Below, in pieces: positions 19,663-40,021 of a stretch of 64,000 nucleotides of DNA (position 1 is its first letter; the number at the start of each line of letters is the position of its first letter). Under the pieces are notes generated by a model. The model ran no database searches. It had not been told where the DNA came from and saw only the letters and a list, made by a program, of their open reading frames with translations. The position numbers and the translations under genes are program-made. Source of the DNA: the human T2T-CHM13v2.0 reference genome, Homo sapiens. The DNA lies in assembly GCF_009914755.1 (NCBI RefSeq), contig NC_060931.1. The stretch is one strand, 5' to 3'.

Positions 19663-20668
19663 CAATCTTCGTTTCATTGTAGCTGTTTTCTGGAACCATT
19701 CTGAGCTAACTCATACAAGAAAACTGCATGTTTATTAAACTTCACTCATCTCTTCAAACATATACTATGCACCTAATACATAAAGAGACATCCAGTTTAT
19801 AGAGGTTCTCTAAAAGATGGGGTGAATGTCTCAGCAAAAACTAGAGAAAAAACACAAAGCAAACAAAACAGAAATACAGAAGCAGCAGAGGAAAGAGAAT
19901 AAAGTTCCTACATAGTTTCAATGAAAAGGTGTTCGAAAGTAAATGTACACAGGGATGAAATTTGGGAGCAGGAGGTGAGTCTGAGAAGTTAATCATGTCA
20001 TAGTTAAATGCTGAACACAGCTCTGTCTTCTTATGATAAACCTGCTAGCAGCTAAAAAGCTTTAGATTTACAGTACTCACCAAAAAAGAGCTATGAGATT
20101 CTAAATGTAAATTTTAAAATAATGTAAAATAGATGATTATGATACATAACAGTTAACGTGGACTAAATATGAAGATAAGAGTTTGTGAGTCTACAAATGA
20201 CTACAAATTTGACTCTGAACTCTGGCACACTCATGAAGTGGGAGATGCTGTTACAGGATTCAAATGTCCACAAGATAAGAACAAACCAGTTCTCTGAGGT
20301 TCCTCAGAGGGAAGAAGCTATTCAGTGTTGGGAAACATCCTCCTCAACAACTTCCTTGCCTTACAACACGATGCCATACAGAGATCTGCTTTTACAAGGT
20401 GTCGTCAGCATTACAGCGTGGAGCTATGTATAAGAAATGACTCCATGGAATCTTCCATCGCAGCAATAACATCAGCTATGATGCACCTCTCTAGGACTGC
20501 AAAGCTGAATGCACAGATGGTACAGTGTTCTGGAACAAAGTTCTAAACTCACATGTCTACAGGGACCAGGAAATAATGTGAGTCAAGTAAGCCACTTTTA
20601 AGAGGGAAAAGAATTCTTTGTGTATCAAAATGCGGATTGCATATGAAACACACATGAATATTCTCTCC

Positions 20669-20992
<324 letters not shown>

Positions 20993-21577
20993 TCAAAAGT
21001 TCTTTGTGTACCAAAATGGAGACTGCATATGAAACACACAAGAATATTCTCTCCTTACTCAAAGTGATATGCTTTCTTCCATTGTTCTGGGACTATGTGG
21101 CCTCTCAGTCTACCTTTATTTCACTTTTTTAGAAATGGTGACAGGAATTTCTCTTATAAGAAAATCAACCGTGCAATTCCTCTGACAAATGGCAGATGAC
21201 ACTCAGCCTCAGGGCTGAAGAAACAGCAAGACAAGAGGAGTGTGGGAAACTGAAAACCACAGGGCTTCCTGGAAAAAATAACTACTCCTTGGATCTTGAC
21301 AACTTTTGCCAGATCATCTTTTCAAAGTCAAAAGTCCAGATTTTATGTAAAACCTCTTGGTTTTTCAATGTTGGCTCCAAAAAAAAGTGATAAACAGGCT
21401 GTAGGAAAAGCAAAACCTACTTCTTACCAACTGAGGGTTTGAGACCTCTGGGCTTAAGGAGAAAATGGATTGCATATCATCTGGGCTATTCACATAATTA
21501 TAATCATCAACTGAGTTTCTGAAGAATACTGAGCCCCAGTAGGTTCAAGGTTATACTCCTTGACAAGTGTGGTCTGT

Positions 21578-21998
21578 TGTGCTGTATGTAGACTGCAAAT
21601 GTGGCCATCGACTCCTCCTGTCCCAGTACCCAAGTGCCCCTGCCCTGTAGATCTGAGTGCCTTCTCATTGACTTGAAGCTCCGCTGTGTGACTTGCTTTG
21701 GTCCATGGGAAGTGAGCAAAGGTGATACAAGCAAAGGCTTGAAAGATGCTCGTGCATTGGGGCTTGCCCCCATCGCTGCTCTTTGAAACCCTGCCACCCT
21801 GTGATAAAGTGCAGCATAGCTGCTGGGGGATGAGAGGTCATGTGAATAGAGGCCCCTGGGCCCCAGCCCAGCCCATCATCAACCAGCAAAGTCACCCAAG
21901 ACCAAAAGACTTCCAGGCTGATCTGAAGAATTATGAGCTAAATAAATGATTGATAGTTAGTTTGAGATGGGTGGTTGCAGCAAAAGAGAACTGACACA
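21578..21998 (+). mobile_element. MaLR solo LTR (MLT1-type)
   Basis: gtgacttgctttggtccatgggaagtgagc motif; 3' end tgagctaaataaatg...aactgacaca. Confidence 0.7.
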
Positions 21999-22282
21999 TA
22001 TTAAAATATATCAGTACCTTCCTATCAAGAAATGGCTTTTTTCTTGTCTAATCACCACCAGGCCTATTAACATGAAGTGTGTTACACATTCTTGTCACTT
22101 TTATTAACCTCTGTTTTGACAAACAAAAGCATAAAGCTACTCAGAGAGCAAAAGCTTTCTCATTTGCCTAAGGTGTTTGCTTCTACACAGCATCCACAAC
22201 AAATACCTGGCTCTCCCAAAAGTCCTGGTGGACCACTCACTGTGAAAACTCCTCTAAGGGGCAGAACTGTCAGTAAAGAGTC

Positions 22283-22662
22283 TGATATAATTTGGCTCTG
22301 TCCCCACCCAAATCTCATGTTGAATTCGTAATGCTCAATGTTGGAGGAGGGGCCTGGTGGGAGATGGCTGGGTGATGGGGACTTCCCCCTTGCTGTTCTC
22401 GTGATAATGAGTAAGTTCTCACGAGATGTGGTTGTTTAAAAGTGTGCAACATTTCCCTTCCCCCTTCATTCTCTTCCTCCTGCTGTGTGAAGATGTGCCT
22501 GCTTTCCCCTTTGCCTTCCGCCATGATTGTAAGTTTCCTGAGGCCTCCCCTGCCGTGCTTCCTCTACAACCTGCAGAACTCTGACCCAATTAAACCTCTT
22601 TTCTTCACAAATTACCCAGTCTCAGTTAGTTCCTTATGGCAATGCGAGAACAGACTAATACA
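22283..22662 (+). mobile_element. MaLR solo LTR (MSTA-like)
   Basis: tgatataatttggctctgtccccacccaaatctc ... cagactaataca. Confidence 0.88.
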
Positions 22663-22901
22663 CAGTTACATGCTTTGGAGCTGGAGGGAAGACTGAAACC
22701 CTTTTAGGGAAAGGTTTAGTACCCTGAAAAAGCCACTAGCCTGAATATAATACAGACTATTGACAAAGTCTAGATTCCCCTGAAAAGATACCAGAGTACA
22801 GGTGGTATTGCAGTTACTTAGAAAAAAAAATTCTAATTAAAAAACTAAAAAATACATAAGCCACCCAACCACAAGAGAACATTATTACTTCCTAGTGTAT
22901 G

Positions 22902-22989
22902 TGTAAGGTCAAAAGCCCCTCCCAGGTTTAAAATAAACCTATTGACTGTCAAGCTGCCCTTCTTGTTTCTCTCTTCTTTAATTCTTACA
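22902..22989 (+). mobile_element. 88-bp mini-LTR, related to the 3' end of the LTR at 25450-26327
   Basis: Termini tgtaag...cttaca, internal AATAAA, flanks gtatg/gtgtg. Confidence 0.7.
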
Positions 22990-23907
22990 GTGTGCTCAAA
23001 GATGAAATGGCTGCAAGAGGCTCAGCAAATAGCTGAACTTGCTGACTTGCTGTATGAGCTGACTTGCTGTATAGAATTAGCATTATCAACATTAAAGGAA
23101 ACTTCCAAAATACATGGCCTCTGTGTCCTATTAGTTAATCTACAGCCTTATTTTTCTGAAAGAAACTGAGATACCAGAGACAGCTGGTATTTTGATTCCT
23201 CCTATCCACAGAAATAAGTAAGATTATCTCCTCTTAGAAAACTTTTTCTTTCTGTTTTCTCTTGGGATATCAGGGTTGGCAGGGAGCATCCTTAGTTTAA
23301 TTCGGAGAGGCCTCAAGTCCTGAAAGAATTAGTTTAAAAGTAAAGGCTTTCTGAAGACTATCTTGTTGCACTACTCTATAGCCCAGAGTGTTTGAAACTT
23401 GTGGTTTTATGACACGTCATAATATCTAGCATGGCAATCCTAATCATTTTGTTTTTGAAATTTTTTCTAGATAATTCACATCTTTCATTGGAAAAATGTG
23501 GGGCTAGGAGGGTTGTCTTATACTTAGGACTTCCTAACATTTGGACACACATTATTCCCAAGCCAGGAGGACTGCTCTGTTTCAGAAAAAGGTAAGATGA
23601 AAGACTATGTCCTCAACCCATGTCTACCAGACTTCCATTATCAGAAATTCTTCCCATATCCTAGCAGTAATCTGCAGATCTCAGACTTGCTTTTGTTCTT
23701 CTCTTTCTAGATAGGTATTTCAATGGATAACAAAGACGTGCCCACTTTTTGAGATCTAAATCTAGAATGGCTACTTTCTACATATTCTGTCTTGTTCCAG
23801 GGAAGGACATACCCTAAAAAATGCAACACAATTTGCCTGCTTACTCCCTGAAGCACAGCACCCTTCATATTAGGAGCTTCAAGGATGCTTTAAAAATCCA
23901 AAAGCGT

Positions 23908-24230
<323 letters not shown>

Positions 24231-25065
24231 CTAAGCATTCCTTCTTTCTTGATGATTCCTGATAGAGTAAACCCATCCACTTTTTAAACTCTCATTTTCA
24301 GGATCGGAGAAATTTGCTAATCTTCCTATTAGCCCAATCCTGCCACCTTACTTCTTCCTTTTTGTCTCCCTCCTCATTTCCCAGTCAGGTTTAGTAAATG
24401 AAGAATTATTTCTTTGGAATCATATGCCATCCTATCTCATTTGTTTGTTGAAGATGGCAATCAAGGCTAGTACGAACATCTTGTCGTATTCCACGATCCC
24501 TCTGCAGGCCTGAGAAGACTCACCAGCAAGAGAGGGAAAGAGAGACTCGATAACATCTAACAAATGTGCCCGGCATTTTGCTGGACGTTTTCGGGTAAAT
24601 ATCTTATATCATACTCTATAATTTTCCTCAATCCATGATGGCATTCCCAGACAATTCCATTCATGATCAAACAATGAATCATCTTCTCTGGTTATCATTT
24701 TGCAAAAAATTACTATATCCTACTACTAACAGATTCCATTCTTTTTGGGGATATATGCCTTTAATTTAAGACAGACTCCCTTTCTTTATGCATATACCCC
24801 AAACACCACTCTATCCCAATGTCCCGCACATCAGCCATGTGAAAATTCAGGAATTTAAAACCCAACTAAAGTTTAAAAACAGAAATGGCAACCCTATGTA
24901 AAATAGACACATTGACTTTTAAAAAACATTTTAACTTCACCTTTTTATACAACTTCAAAAAGTAATAGCTTAGTTATCTTTATGACAATACACTGATTTT
25001 CATATTATTGCCTGGTAGCTAATAATTTTAATCAACTCTTCGATTTCCTATGACATTAAATTTCA

Positions 25066-25430
<365 letters not shown>

Positions 25431-25449
25431 TCACCTTTTTTCACATCTT

Positions 25450-26327
<878 letters not shown>

Positions 26328-26789
26328 ATCTTATACTTTATTGGCCAGTGTTTACGAAACAAACTTGAATTCAAAAAGATCTTTTTTTTTTTCCTATTTC
26401 CCCAATATTTCACTACCCATGTACTGAGCACCTTTAGGGCACCAGGCAAAAAATGCACTGAGATAAATAAGCAGAGGTCTTGACCTCAAGGAACTTGCAG
26501 TCTAATCGGGGAAAACACCAATACATAACAGATGAGTAAATGTAATAATAGTTTTGGTGTTACAGCATGTGCCTAGTCCCAGTATGACACAAAAACAGAT
26601 CATTTCCCCAGAGGCCCCAGGAGATGCCTTTGATCATCCCTATAAGGAGAGCCCTCCCTTAAGTCATCCAACCCAACCTCATCATCCTACCACCTAAACC
26701 TGACCCTTCCTTACAAGAGCCCTCTGCTGTTATGGGGCCCCATAATCCTAGCAATCAACATGGCTGGAACCCTCGGTGTAATTACCTAG

Positions 26790-27878
<1,089 letters not shown>

Positions 27879-28147
27879 TTACCCTGCCTCTCCCATTTGG
27901 AAAAAAAAAATTCATTCTCTTTTCAATTCCCCTAGCGACATATCTGTGCCTCTAGTCTTTTTACTAATGTTGTTGTGCCTAATAGAACAGATTTTGAAGA
28001 GCAGGACCATCTTCACCTCCCAAAGCCCAACATTTGTATGTAGTAAGTAATCAATAAATCCTATTTGATTGCATTAATGCCTATTAGTTTTACTTTGCAG
28101 TGAAACATAGATTCAAGCAGCATCTCTCCATAGGCTGGAGAACTCAC

Positions 28148-28325
28148 CTGATTTCCGCAGGAAATTGTGCATTTGTGACCAGGAAGCTGGAGATTTTACA
28201 CTGGTGGAGTAGCTTCAAAAACCTGTTGATCTCTGGGTACATTATTGGTTCTCCCACGAGGGACAATGCACAGTGCTTTACCGTCATTCCTTCTTCAAAG
28301 CGTTCTGCTTTGACGCCCGGTACTC
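28148..28325 (-). CDS. TYW1B: TYW1B coding exon C (178 nt)
   Basis: Acceptor ...ttctccag|GA GTA; donor ATC AG|gtgagt; translates (G)VPGVKAERFEEGMTVKHCALSLVGEPIMYPEINRFLKLLHQCKISSFLVTNAQFPAEI(R); contained in ORF-track entry 28144..28365. Confidence 0.97.
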
Positions 28326-28799
28326 CTGGAGAATACAGTGAGAAGGACCCAGCTACATAAGGCACAGATAGAGGATGTCACGTTTTTCTTAATGATGCTT
28401 TGATTTTATAGAGCAAATTCATTTTTGATACCAAAGAATACAAAACAAAGGCTAAAGGGCAGGGCAGGACTAGAATTATTAAATCAGAAAAATCAGTCAG
28501 TAACCTCATTCTTAGTTTTGGTACCAGTTAAACTACATCAATACAAACAGGCAAAACTAGCTTTGTTAGCTAATTATTTGGAATGCAGAATAAGTCCCTT
28601 TGCATAATTTGCTTAGCTTTGCATTCTTTCATGTTGATCTAAGAAAATGAACTCAGTATATCTGCATAAGAACAAGCTTCTTCTAGACCAATCATTCCTC
28701 AAGTATCCTGAACTGGGAAAGTAAATGTAGTTGGTCCAAAGCTGTACAGGAGAGAAAAAGAAGAGACCTAATCGTTCTTATCTTTGGCTTCATACTGGA

Positions 28800-29955
<1,156 letters not shown>

Positions 29956-30067
29956 CTTGACTCAATGTAGAAGGCATTAAGAGATATGCTGTCCTAAAAG
30001 TCCTTCAGTCTAACAGAGAATGTGAAAGACTCGGAAAGAGTGTAAATAGGCAAAATTATGTATCCTA

Positions 30068-30292
30068 AGAACACATGAACACATAGAGGGGAATGACACA
30101 CACTGGGGCCTATCAGAGGGTGGAGGGTGGGAGAAGGGAGAGGATCAGGAAAAACAACTAATGGGTACTGGGCTTAATACCTGGGTGATGAAATAATCTG
30201 TACAACAAACCCCCATGACACAAGTTTACCTATGTAACAAACCTGCACTTGTACCCCTGAACTTAAGAGTTAAAAAAAAAAACAAAGAAAAA
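30068..30292 (+). mobile_element. L1PA 3'-end fragment
   Basis: gggtgatgaaataatctgtacaacaaacccccatgacacaagtttacctatgtaacaaacctgcac followed by A-tail. Confidence 0.88.
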
Positions 30293-30375
30293 ATATATAT
30301 CACCTTGACTCCTGATAGTTCTAAATCAATGATTTCTAGGTTCCTTTTGAAGAACATATTCTCTCTGCAGGATAG

Positions 30376-30764
<389 letters not shown>

Positions 30765-30784
30765 ATTATTGGCCATCTTTGAAA

Positions 30785-30915
30785 CATAACTTTCTTAGCT
30801 GTGAATGGTAAGTACCTTGAAGAATTTTTGTTGGGATTAAATGAGATAATGCATGTAAAGGCCTTAGCGGAGTGTCTGGCACACAAGAAACGTTCATTAA
30901 CAATTTGCTATTACC
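30785..30915. mobile_element. MIR
   Basis: gattaaatgagataatgcatgtaaaggccttagc. Confidence 0.75.
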
Positions 30916-30941
30916 ACCTTTATCCTAGTTTATGAAACTGA

Positions 30942-31461
<520 letters not shown>

Positions 31462-31551
31462 TGAAGGGACTCACAAACTCACAAACAGGGCAGTCCAGTG
31501 GCAGTGGGCTGGGCAGGAGAACCACAGTTGCTTGTAAAAAGCATGCAGTTC

Positions 31552-31852
31552 GGCTGGGCACGGCAGCTCATGCCTGTAATCCCAGCACTTAGTGATGCCG
31601 AGATGGGTGCATCAGTTGAAGTCAGGAGTTCAAGACCAGCTCGGCCAACATGGCAAAACCTCATCTCTACTAAAAATACAAAAATTAGCCAGGCGTGGTG
31701 GTGCATGCTCGTAGGCCCAGCTACTCAGGAGGCTGAGGCAGAAGAATCACTTGAACCCTGGAGGTGGAGGTTGCAGTGAGCTGAGACTGCGCCACTGCCC
31801 TCTAGCCTGGGCAACAGGGCAAGACCCTGTCTGGAAAAAAAAAAAAAAAAAT
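31552..31852 (+). mobile_element. Alu
   Basis: TSD catgcagtt. Confidence 0.95.
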
Positions 31853-32176
31853 CATGCAGTTTATACAGCATTTTCACTTAGTACCTCCCCCACCAGCAAT
31901 CTCCACCAGGCACCACTTTATTTAACCCAAAACAACAGGCCTTGATCCCCTGTACAACCTGCATTCCACAGGAAGCGCTAGGGATTCAGATGTTCCTCAT
32001 AGATAGAGAATGATCTGTCCAAAATAAAGCCTTCACAGAAAAAAACAAAGAGAATGAATCCCCGGGTTGGCCACTCCTGGATCTCCTAGTTCAGAGCTCA
32101 GAACACACATTCTTCTTAGAACATACAGTCATTCTCCGGGTATGTTTAAGTTAAGGTATTGGTGTCAGCTGTGCTT

Positions 32177-32177
<1 letters not shown>

Positions 32178-32209
<32 letters not shown>
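32178..32209. repeat. (AC)n microsatellite
   Basis: Directly visible. Confidence 0.97.
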
Positions 32210-32212
<3 letters not shown>

Positions 32213-32269
32213 AATTCTCTCTCTCTCTTCCTCCCACACCTTAGAAATACGAAAGTGTAAGTTACGTGA

Positions 32270-33012
32270 AAAAAACACTCAGCATTACTAATAATCATTT
32301 GCAGAGAAATGCAAATTAAACTTACAATGGGGTATCATCTCATACTAGTCAGAATGGCTATTATTAGAGCAAAACAACAGAATTGGCGTGGATTACACAC
32401 TATTGGTGGGGATGTAAATTAGTTCAACCTCTATAGAGAGATTTCTCAAAGAACTAAAAATAGAACTACCATCCAACCTAGCAATCCCATTACTGGGTAT
32501 CTAACCAAAGGAAAAGAAATCATTATATTAAAAAAAACCTGTACCCACTCGTATGTTCATCGCAGCACTATTCACAATAGCTAAAAGTCATGAAACCATG
32601 ACCTAAGTGTCCATCAATGGTTGACTGGATAAAGAAAATATGGTACATATACACCATGGAATACTATGCAGCCATAAAAACGAACAAAATCATGTCCTTT
32701 ACAGGAACATGGATGAAGCTGGAGGCCATCATCCTAGGTGAACTAAAAAACAGAACATCAAATATCACACTTTCTCACTTTTAAGTGGGAACTAACCAAT
32801 GGGTACACACGGACCTAAAGATGGAAATAATAGAGACTAGAGACTCCAAAAGAGGATGGGACGGGGCGACAGTTGAAAAATTGCCTATCAGGTACAATGT
32901 TCACTATTTGAGTAATGGGTATGCAAGAAGCCTAATTCCTGCAGTACACAATACACCGATGTAAATAACATGCACATGTACCCCAATACAAAATAATAAA
33001 TAAAATAAAACA
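32270..33012 (+). mobile_element. L1 3' end (L1PB/L1MA-like)
   Basis: gcaatcccattactgggtat, atggaatactatgcagccataaaaa, (TAAAA)n tail. Confidence 0.88.
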
Positions 33013-33409
33013 CAAAGTGCAAGTAAATCCCCAAGAGATCAAAGCAACAGAGTACAGACCAAAATGAGAACAATCTAAGCATGACAGGTGATGTCTTCTT
33101 TTATGACTATGTAACTGCAATTGTAAGAATGTATTTCGTGTCAGTATTTTTGGATGGATGAATAATTTTTTAGGTTATTGAAATCTAAGATCTTAACTCA
33201 AGTAAAACAAGGTTTTTAAATAAAATTTGATCCTTAAGCTCATTCTATGTTGCCAAGACACCTCAGCATTAAGCATAACATTTGCTTTTCAAAAAGCATA
33301 TCATTAACTATAATCCCCACCATGAGCAGCTGAGTAGAAAGGCAGGTTGAACCTGAACTCCAAAACCAACCTAAAACTCAGAAAGTGGAAGGAGCATCGG
33401 CTAGGCCCT

Positions 33410-33620
33410 GGCCTCTGGGATTCAGATGCACCGGGTTCACACTCTAGCTCCACCGCGAAGGTAGTTTTATATCCTTGGTCAAGCCTCTCCCACCCTCTCC
33501 AAGCCCATTCCCTGATCTTTAAAATGGAGATTTTACACACACACATACAGCTATTATAACAATTAAATGAAATAAGCTACATGAAATACTTAATGGGGTG
33601 CCAGGCCCAGCACATACACA
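33410..33620. mobile_element. MIR
   Basis: ctttaaaatggagat...attaaatgaaataa. Confidence 0.6.
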
Positions 33621-33677
33621 TGCAAAACATGCTAGCTGCAAATATTTTTATTTTGTGAACTGAAAAATCAATTCAAT

Positions 33678-33878
33678 TATTATTATTTTTTTTTTTTTAG
33701 ACAAGGTCTGCCTCTGTCACCCAGGCTGGAGTGCAGTGATGTGATCAAGCTGACTGCAGCCTCAATCTCCTGGGCTCAGGTGACCCTCCCGCCTCTGCCT
33801 CCTCAGGTGCTAGGACCACAAGCATATGCCACCACACTTGGCTAATTTTTTTTAAATTTTTGGTAAAGACGAAGTTTT
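33678..33878 (-). mobile_element. Truncated AluJ-like element
   Basis: Right arm and linker only. Confidence 0.9.
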
Positions 33879-33879
33879 G

Positions 33880-34920
<1,041 letters not shown>

Positions 34921-35282
34921 AGACACCAAAGCCATCCTTTCCAGAAAGCTACAAATAAAAATATCATAATCATATTCCCCCATTTAGACAATCACAAAAA
35001 CAAACAAAATACAAGACAAAAAAAATTCTTGATGATCAACTTTTTAAAGTAATGGATTCTTAGATTTTAAAGTTATCCTGATTCTTTCACAAGTAAGATA
35101 TTGAGAAGCTTATGTAAAACCTTGGTTCTCTCCTTCCTAAGAGCATGTTTCTATTTCTTGCTCTCTGCCAGAGGCTGTTACACTGGTCCTCCCAAAAACA
35201 AAGCCTCAAGGACTCCACTTCATGTCTTCTTGCACTGGCCTCAAGGAAATATGACAGAAATTGAAACAGCCTCTAAATTTCT

Positions 35283-36026
35283 TTATTATTATTATTATAC
35301 CTTAAGTTCTAGGGTACATGTGAGCAATGTGCAGGTTTGTTACATATGTAAACATGTGCCATGTTGGCGTGCTGCACCCGTTAACTCGTCATTTACATTA
35401 GGTGTATCTCCTAATGCTATCCCTCCCCCCTCCCCCCAACCCATGACAGGCCCCGATGTGTGATGTTCCCCTTCCTATGTCTAAGTGTTCTCATTGTTCA
35501 ATTCCCACCTATGAGTGAGAACATGCGGTGTTTGGTTTTCTGTCCTTGCGATAGTTTGCTCAGAATGATGGTTTCCAGCTTCATCCATGTCCCTTAAAAA
35601 AACATGAATTCATCCTTTTTTGTGGCTGCATAGTATTCCATGGTGTATATGTGCCACATTTTCTTAATCCAGTCTATCATTGATGGACATTTGGGTTGGC
35701 CAAGTCTTTGCTATTGTGAATAGTGCTGCAACAAACATACGTGTACATGTGTCTTTATAACAGCATGATTTATAATCCTTTGGGTATACACCCAGTAATG
35801 GGATGGCTGGGTCAAATGGTATTTCTAGTTCTAGATCCTTGAGGAATCACTACACTGTCTTCCACAATGGTTGAACTAGTTTACAGTCCCATCAACGGTG
35901 TAAAAGTGTTCCTATTTCTCCACATCCTCTCCAGCACCTGTTGTTTCCTGACTTTTTAATGATCACCATTCCAACTGGTGTGAGATGGTATCTTATTGTG
36001 GTTTTGATTTGCATTTCTCTGGTAAT
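35283..36026 (-). mobile_element. 5'-truncated primate L1PA element
   Basis: Low-divergence L1PA 3'UTR and ORF2 end; 15-bp TSD agcctctaaatttct at 35268-35282 and 36027-36041. Confidence 0.95.
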
Positions 36027-36131
36027 AGCCTCTAAATTTCTAATGGAAAGGATTCCTGGAGAAGAAAGAAAGAGTCCACATGAGACACAGGACATTTCAA
36101 CAGCAAATCGATAGTGCTGTTTCCCATTATC

Positions 36132-36211
36132 TCACACTCACACACACACACACATGCACACACACACACGCACACACACACAGGCACACATACACGCACA
36201 TGCACACACAC
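36132..36211. repeat. Imperfect (CA)n microsatellite
   Basis: Directly visible. Confidence 0.93.
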
Positions 36212-37400
36212 GATCTGTTCTCTTCATGGTGCCCAAATCTTAACCCTTTCACAACTAAACTCTGCTTTGTTATTCTAGTTCTTTGGGTTTTTTGGTTAAG
36301 CAAGTTTTCTGACATTTTTCTTATTCTGAACATCTTTCTGATCTTGGATAATCACAATTACAGTCAGCAGAGTAACTAACAAGCGGACTTCATCTCATTG
36401 AAAGATGACAAAGCCAGAACTTAAGATCCTAAAATTTTCATTCTAATGTCATAGCGATAAACCAAATAACACACAAATAAACATGATGTAATGCTCAGTA
36501 TATTCCTATTTCTAAAGTTTGGGCCGATCAGAAATAAAACATTCTCTTCTTTCTTCTCATAACAATGCAGTTCCGGGCCAAAAATCTTCCCAACAACCTG
36601 TCCTGACTAAAAGTCATAAATAATACCTGTTTGATACAGATACTCCACTTGAGGTTTTTCATAAATTAGTTTCTGAAAACAATTAACAGGTGGTGTTCTC
36701 TTCCCCACCTTCACATTTTCTTTATGATGTGTATGTTAGCATACCTAGCTTGTGAAAACCATCTGTTGGAGATCTTTTATTTCTTGCAGTACTTTGCTTC
36801 TAGCCTAAAGTATAGATAAAAATACCTAGCAATAAATGATGTCTTTTTCATCTTTGCAGCTTTAGTACTGAGGACGTTCCTGACAAAGACAGTGCAATCA
36901 CTTGATGTTTGCTGAACGAGTGGAAAACTGAGCTAAAGAAACCTCAGCCCCATTTTCTGGGAACTATTTCTCCCTGCCATGGTAGTACTTAGAAGGGGGC
37001 AGGCAGCATTTTGAATAGACACTGAGTGGCACTGAAATTCTGACCCACTTTTAATCAATGCAAAGTTAATTTTGTATGTATATAAAAGGAACGCTAATAA
37101 AGGTCAGGAAAAGAAAGATATTTTTATAACTCAGTGAAATAACTGAAAAGACAATGATTGCCCTCAGAATTAAGAACACAAAAGACAAGCATTGAAAACA
37201 TCAGGAATTATCTTCCAAAGCTGCTCAGGACTGGCCACTTAGCTCCAGTTGGGGAACTCAGACAATAAGCAACAATCCCCACAGCCAGTTCCACCTTTCA
37301 CACAACTGAACCAGACCCAGGACAGACGGCAGGCGTTCTTTGTCATGGGGTGGGAACTCACACTAGAAAGCAAAGGACTCTCCAAGCCAGAGTGAGGTAA

Positions 37401-37813
<413 letters not shown>

Positions 37814-38016
37814 AATAATTAATGAGCTAAGAGTGGACCTCCAAAAAGAGGCCAAAGTGGAGATACCAGGAATATCACAAACTACGAAGGAAATGCCTTC
37901 AAGCCTTTGAAATTGACTATAATTGCCATTTATACAAGAAATCTGTTCGTAAGCATTTCTGTTTAAGCCTGAAATTTGTATTCCCATAGATACAATATTA
38001 TTAAAATGAAAATTAA

Positions 38017-38359
<343 letters not shown>

Positions 38360-38722
38360 TCAATATTCTGAAGTACTAAAATTCTATAATGCTGTCAAAG
38401 TTATCATTTTAAAAGAAATCACATAACATTTTTTTCTTTGAAGTGTTACAGACTACCACCAGTTTTCCAGAAGGGCTCTGGATTCTTACAAATTATGCAC
38501 TTTACCCTTTACTAATTAGGGTTTTTTTTTTCTTTTCTATTTTCATAATTTTACAGCAAGATTTACTATGACTATTATAGCAATAAGATGGATTTTCAAA
38601 AATAATGGCTTGTTTAACCTAACTTAGAACACAGAAAAAAGCATTAAACAAATAGTCACCAGGGCTCCAAAATTACAAATTAAGGGATCTCTCATTCATT
38701 GTGAAAATGTAAAACAAATGAG

Positions 38723-39079
<357 letters not shown>

Positions 39080-40021
39080 CTACACCCTCCACACCTTCAA
39101 ACATGCACCTGTTTTCTACTAGCTTCAAGAAAAACTGCTTTGCTAACCTGAAGAGCATCAATGCACAAATATCAACCAGTTCCACTCTGAAAACCCTTCC
39201 AGCAAATTTGCTGCTGATTAAATACACTGATGTTTTCCTGACATGGTAACATGTTATCAAGTCAATCCATTCAGATATGAAAAAAAAATCCATTGTAGGA
39301 ATTACCAGGGTAAAATAGATATTGTATAAATACCATTTTTAAGAATGAAATTGGTGGCAGTTGTTGAATTTCTGGGGATCATTCCTTCCGTCTTATGCAT
39401 TCTAATGCCTACTCAGGATTCATGCATCCATAGACGTGCTCTATTCTTTCTCTCTGCTATCCTGCATCCTATCATCCCTCAAGAGAATCTAAATTTTAAA
39501 ACTCTTTTGTTTTCCTCACATCGTAAGAACCCATAGACAAACCATTTGAGATGCCTGCTGATTAACGTTTAAGCCTAAGGTCACTACTGGACACCCCTTT
39601 CTGCACAGGACAAGACCCTCAACAGGCCCAGCAGACAATGAAAAACACGTGCTCACGGAACTCACCTAACACATTTTATTAACATCAACAAAGTCTACCT
39701 CATGGTTTATTCATTACATATTTCCATTTAAAGTGCATTTGCAAAAACGCTCCTGTCAGAAAAATTACTATCCAAACTCAGATCGTCATTCTGTAGGAAG
39801 GACATCCCAGCATAAAGAAATGAAGGTGTCTATTCTTCAGGGCAGAGCTGATTCCTCCTCACACAAACTGCCCGAGACACAGTTCATTCAGGGAGACTCC
39901 AGGATGTCCAGGAAACACACATCCTCAGTCATCGTCCCATTAGCTCCTTAAGCACTAACTCAAAAATCAACTTCACATAAAAATAAAAGTACTGGCATTT
40001 CCTGCTTCTGATATTACTATC

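Noticed and set aside
20185-20546. Two overlapping non-Alu ORFs of 82 and 73 aa
   Set aside because: Short, no recognisable domain, no convincing splice or start signals
28326-28365. N-terminal MPYVAGSFSLYSP of ORF 28144..28365
   Set aside because: Intronic sequence upstream of the splice acceptor; only 28325-28148 is exon
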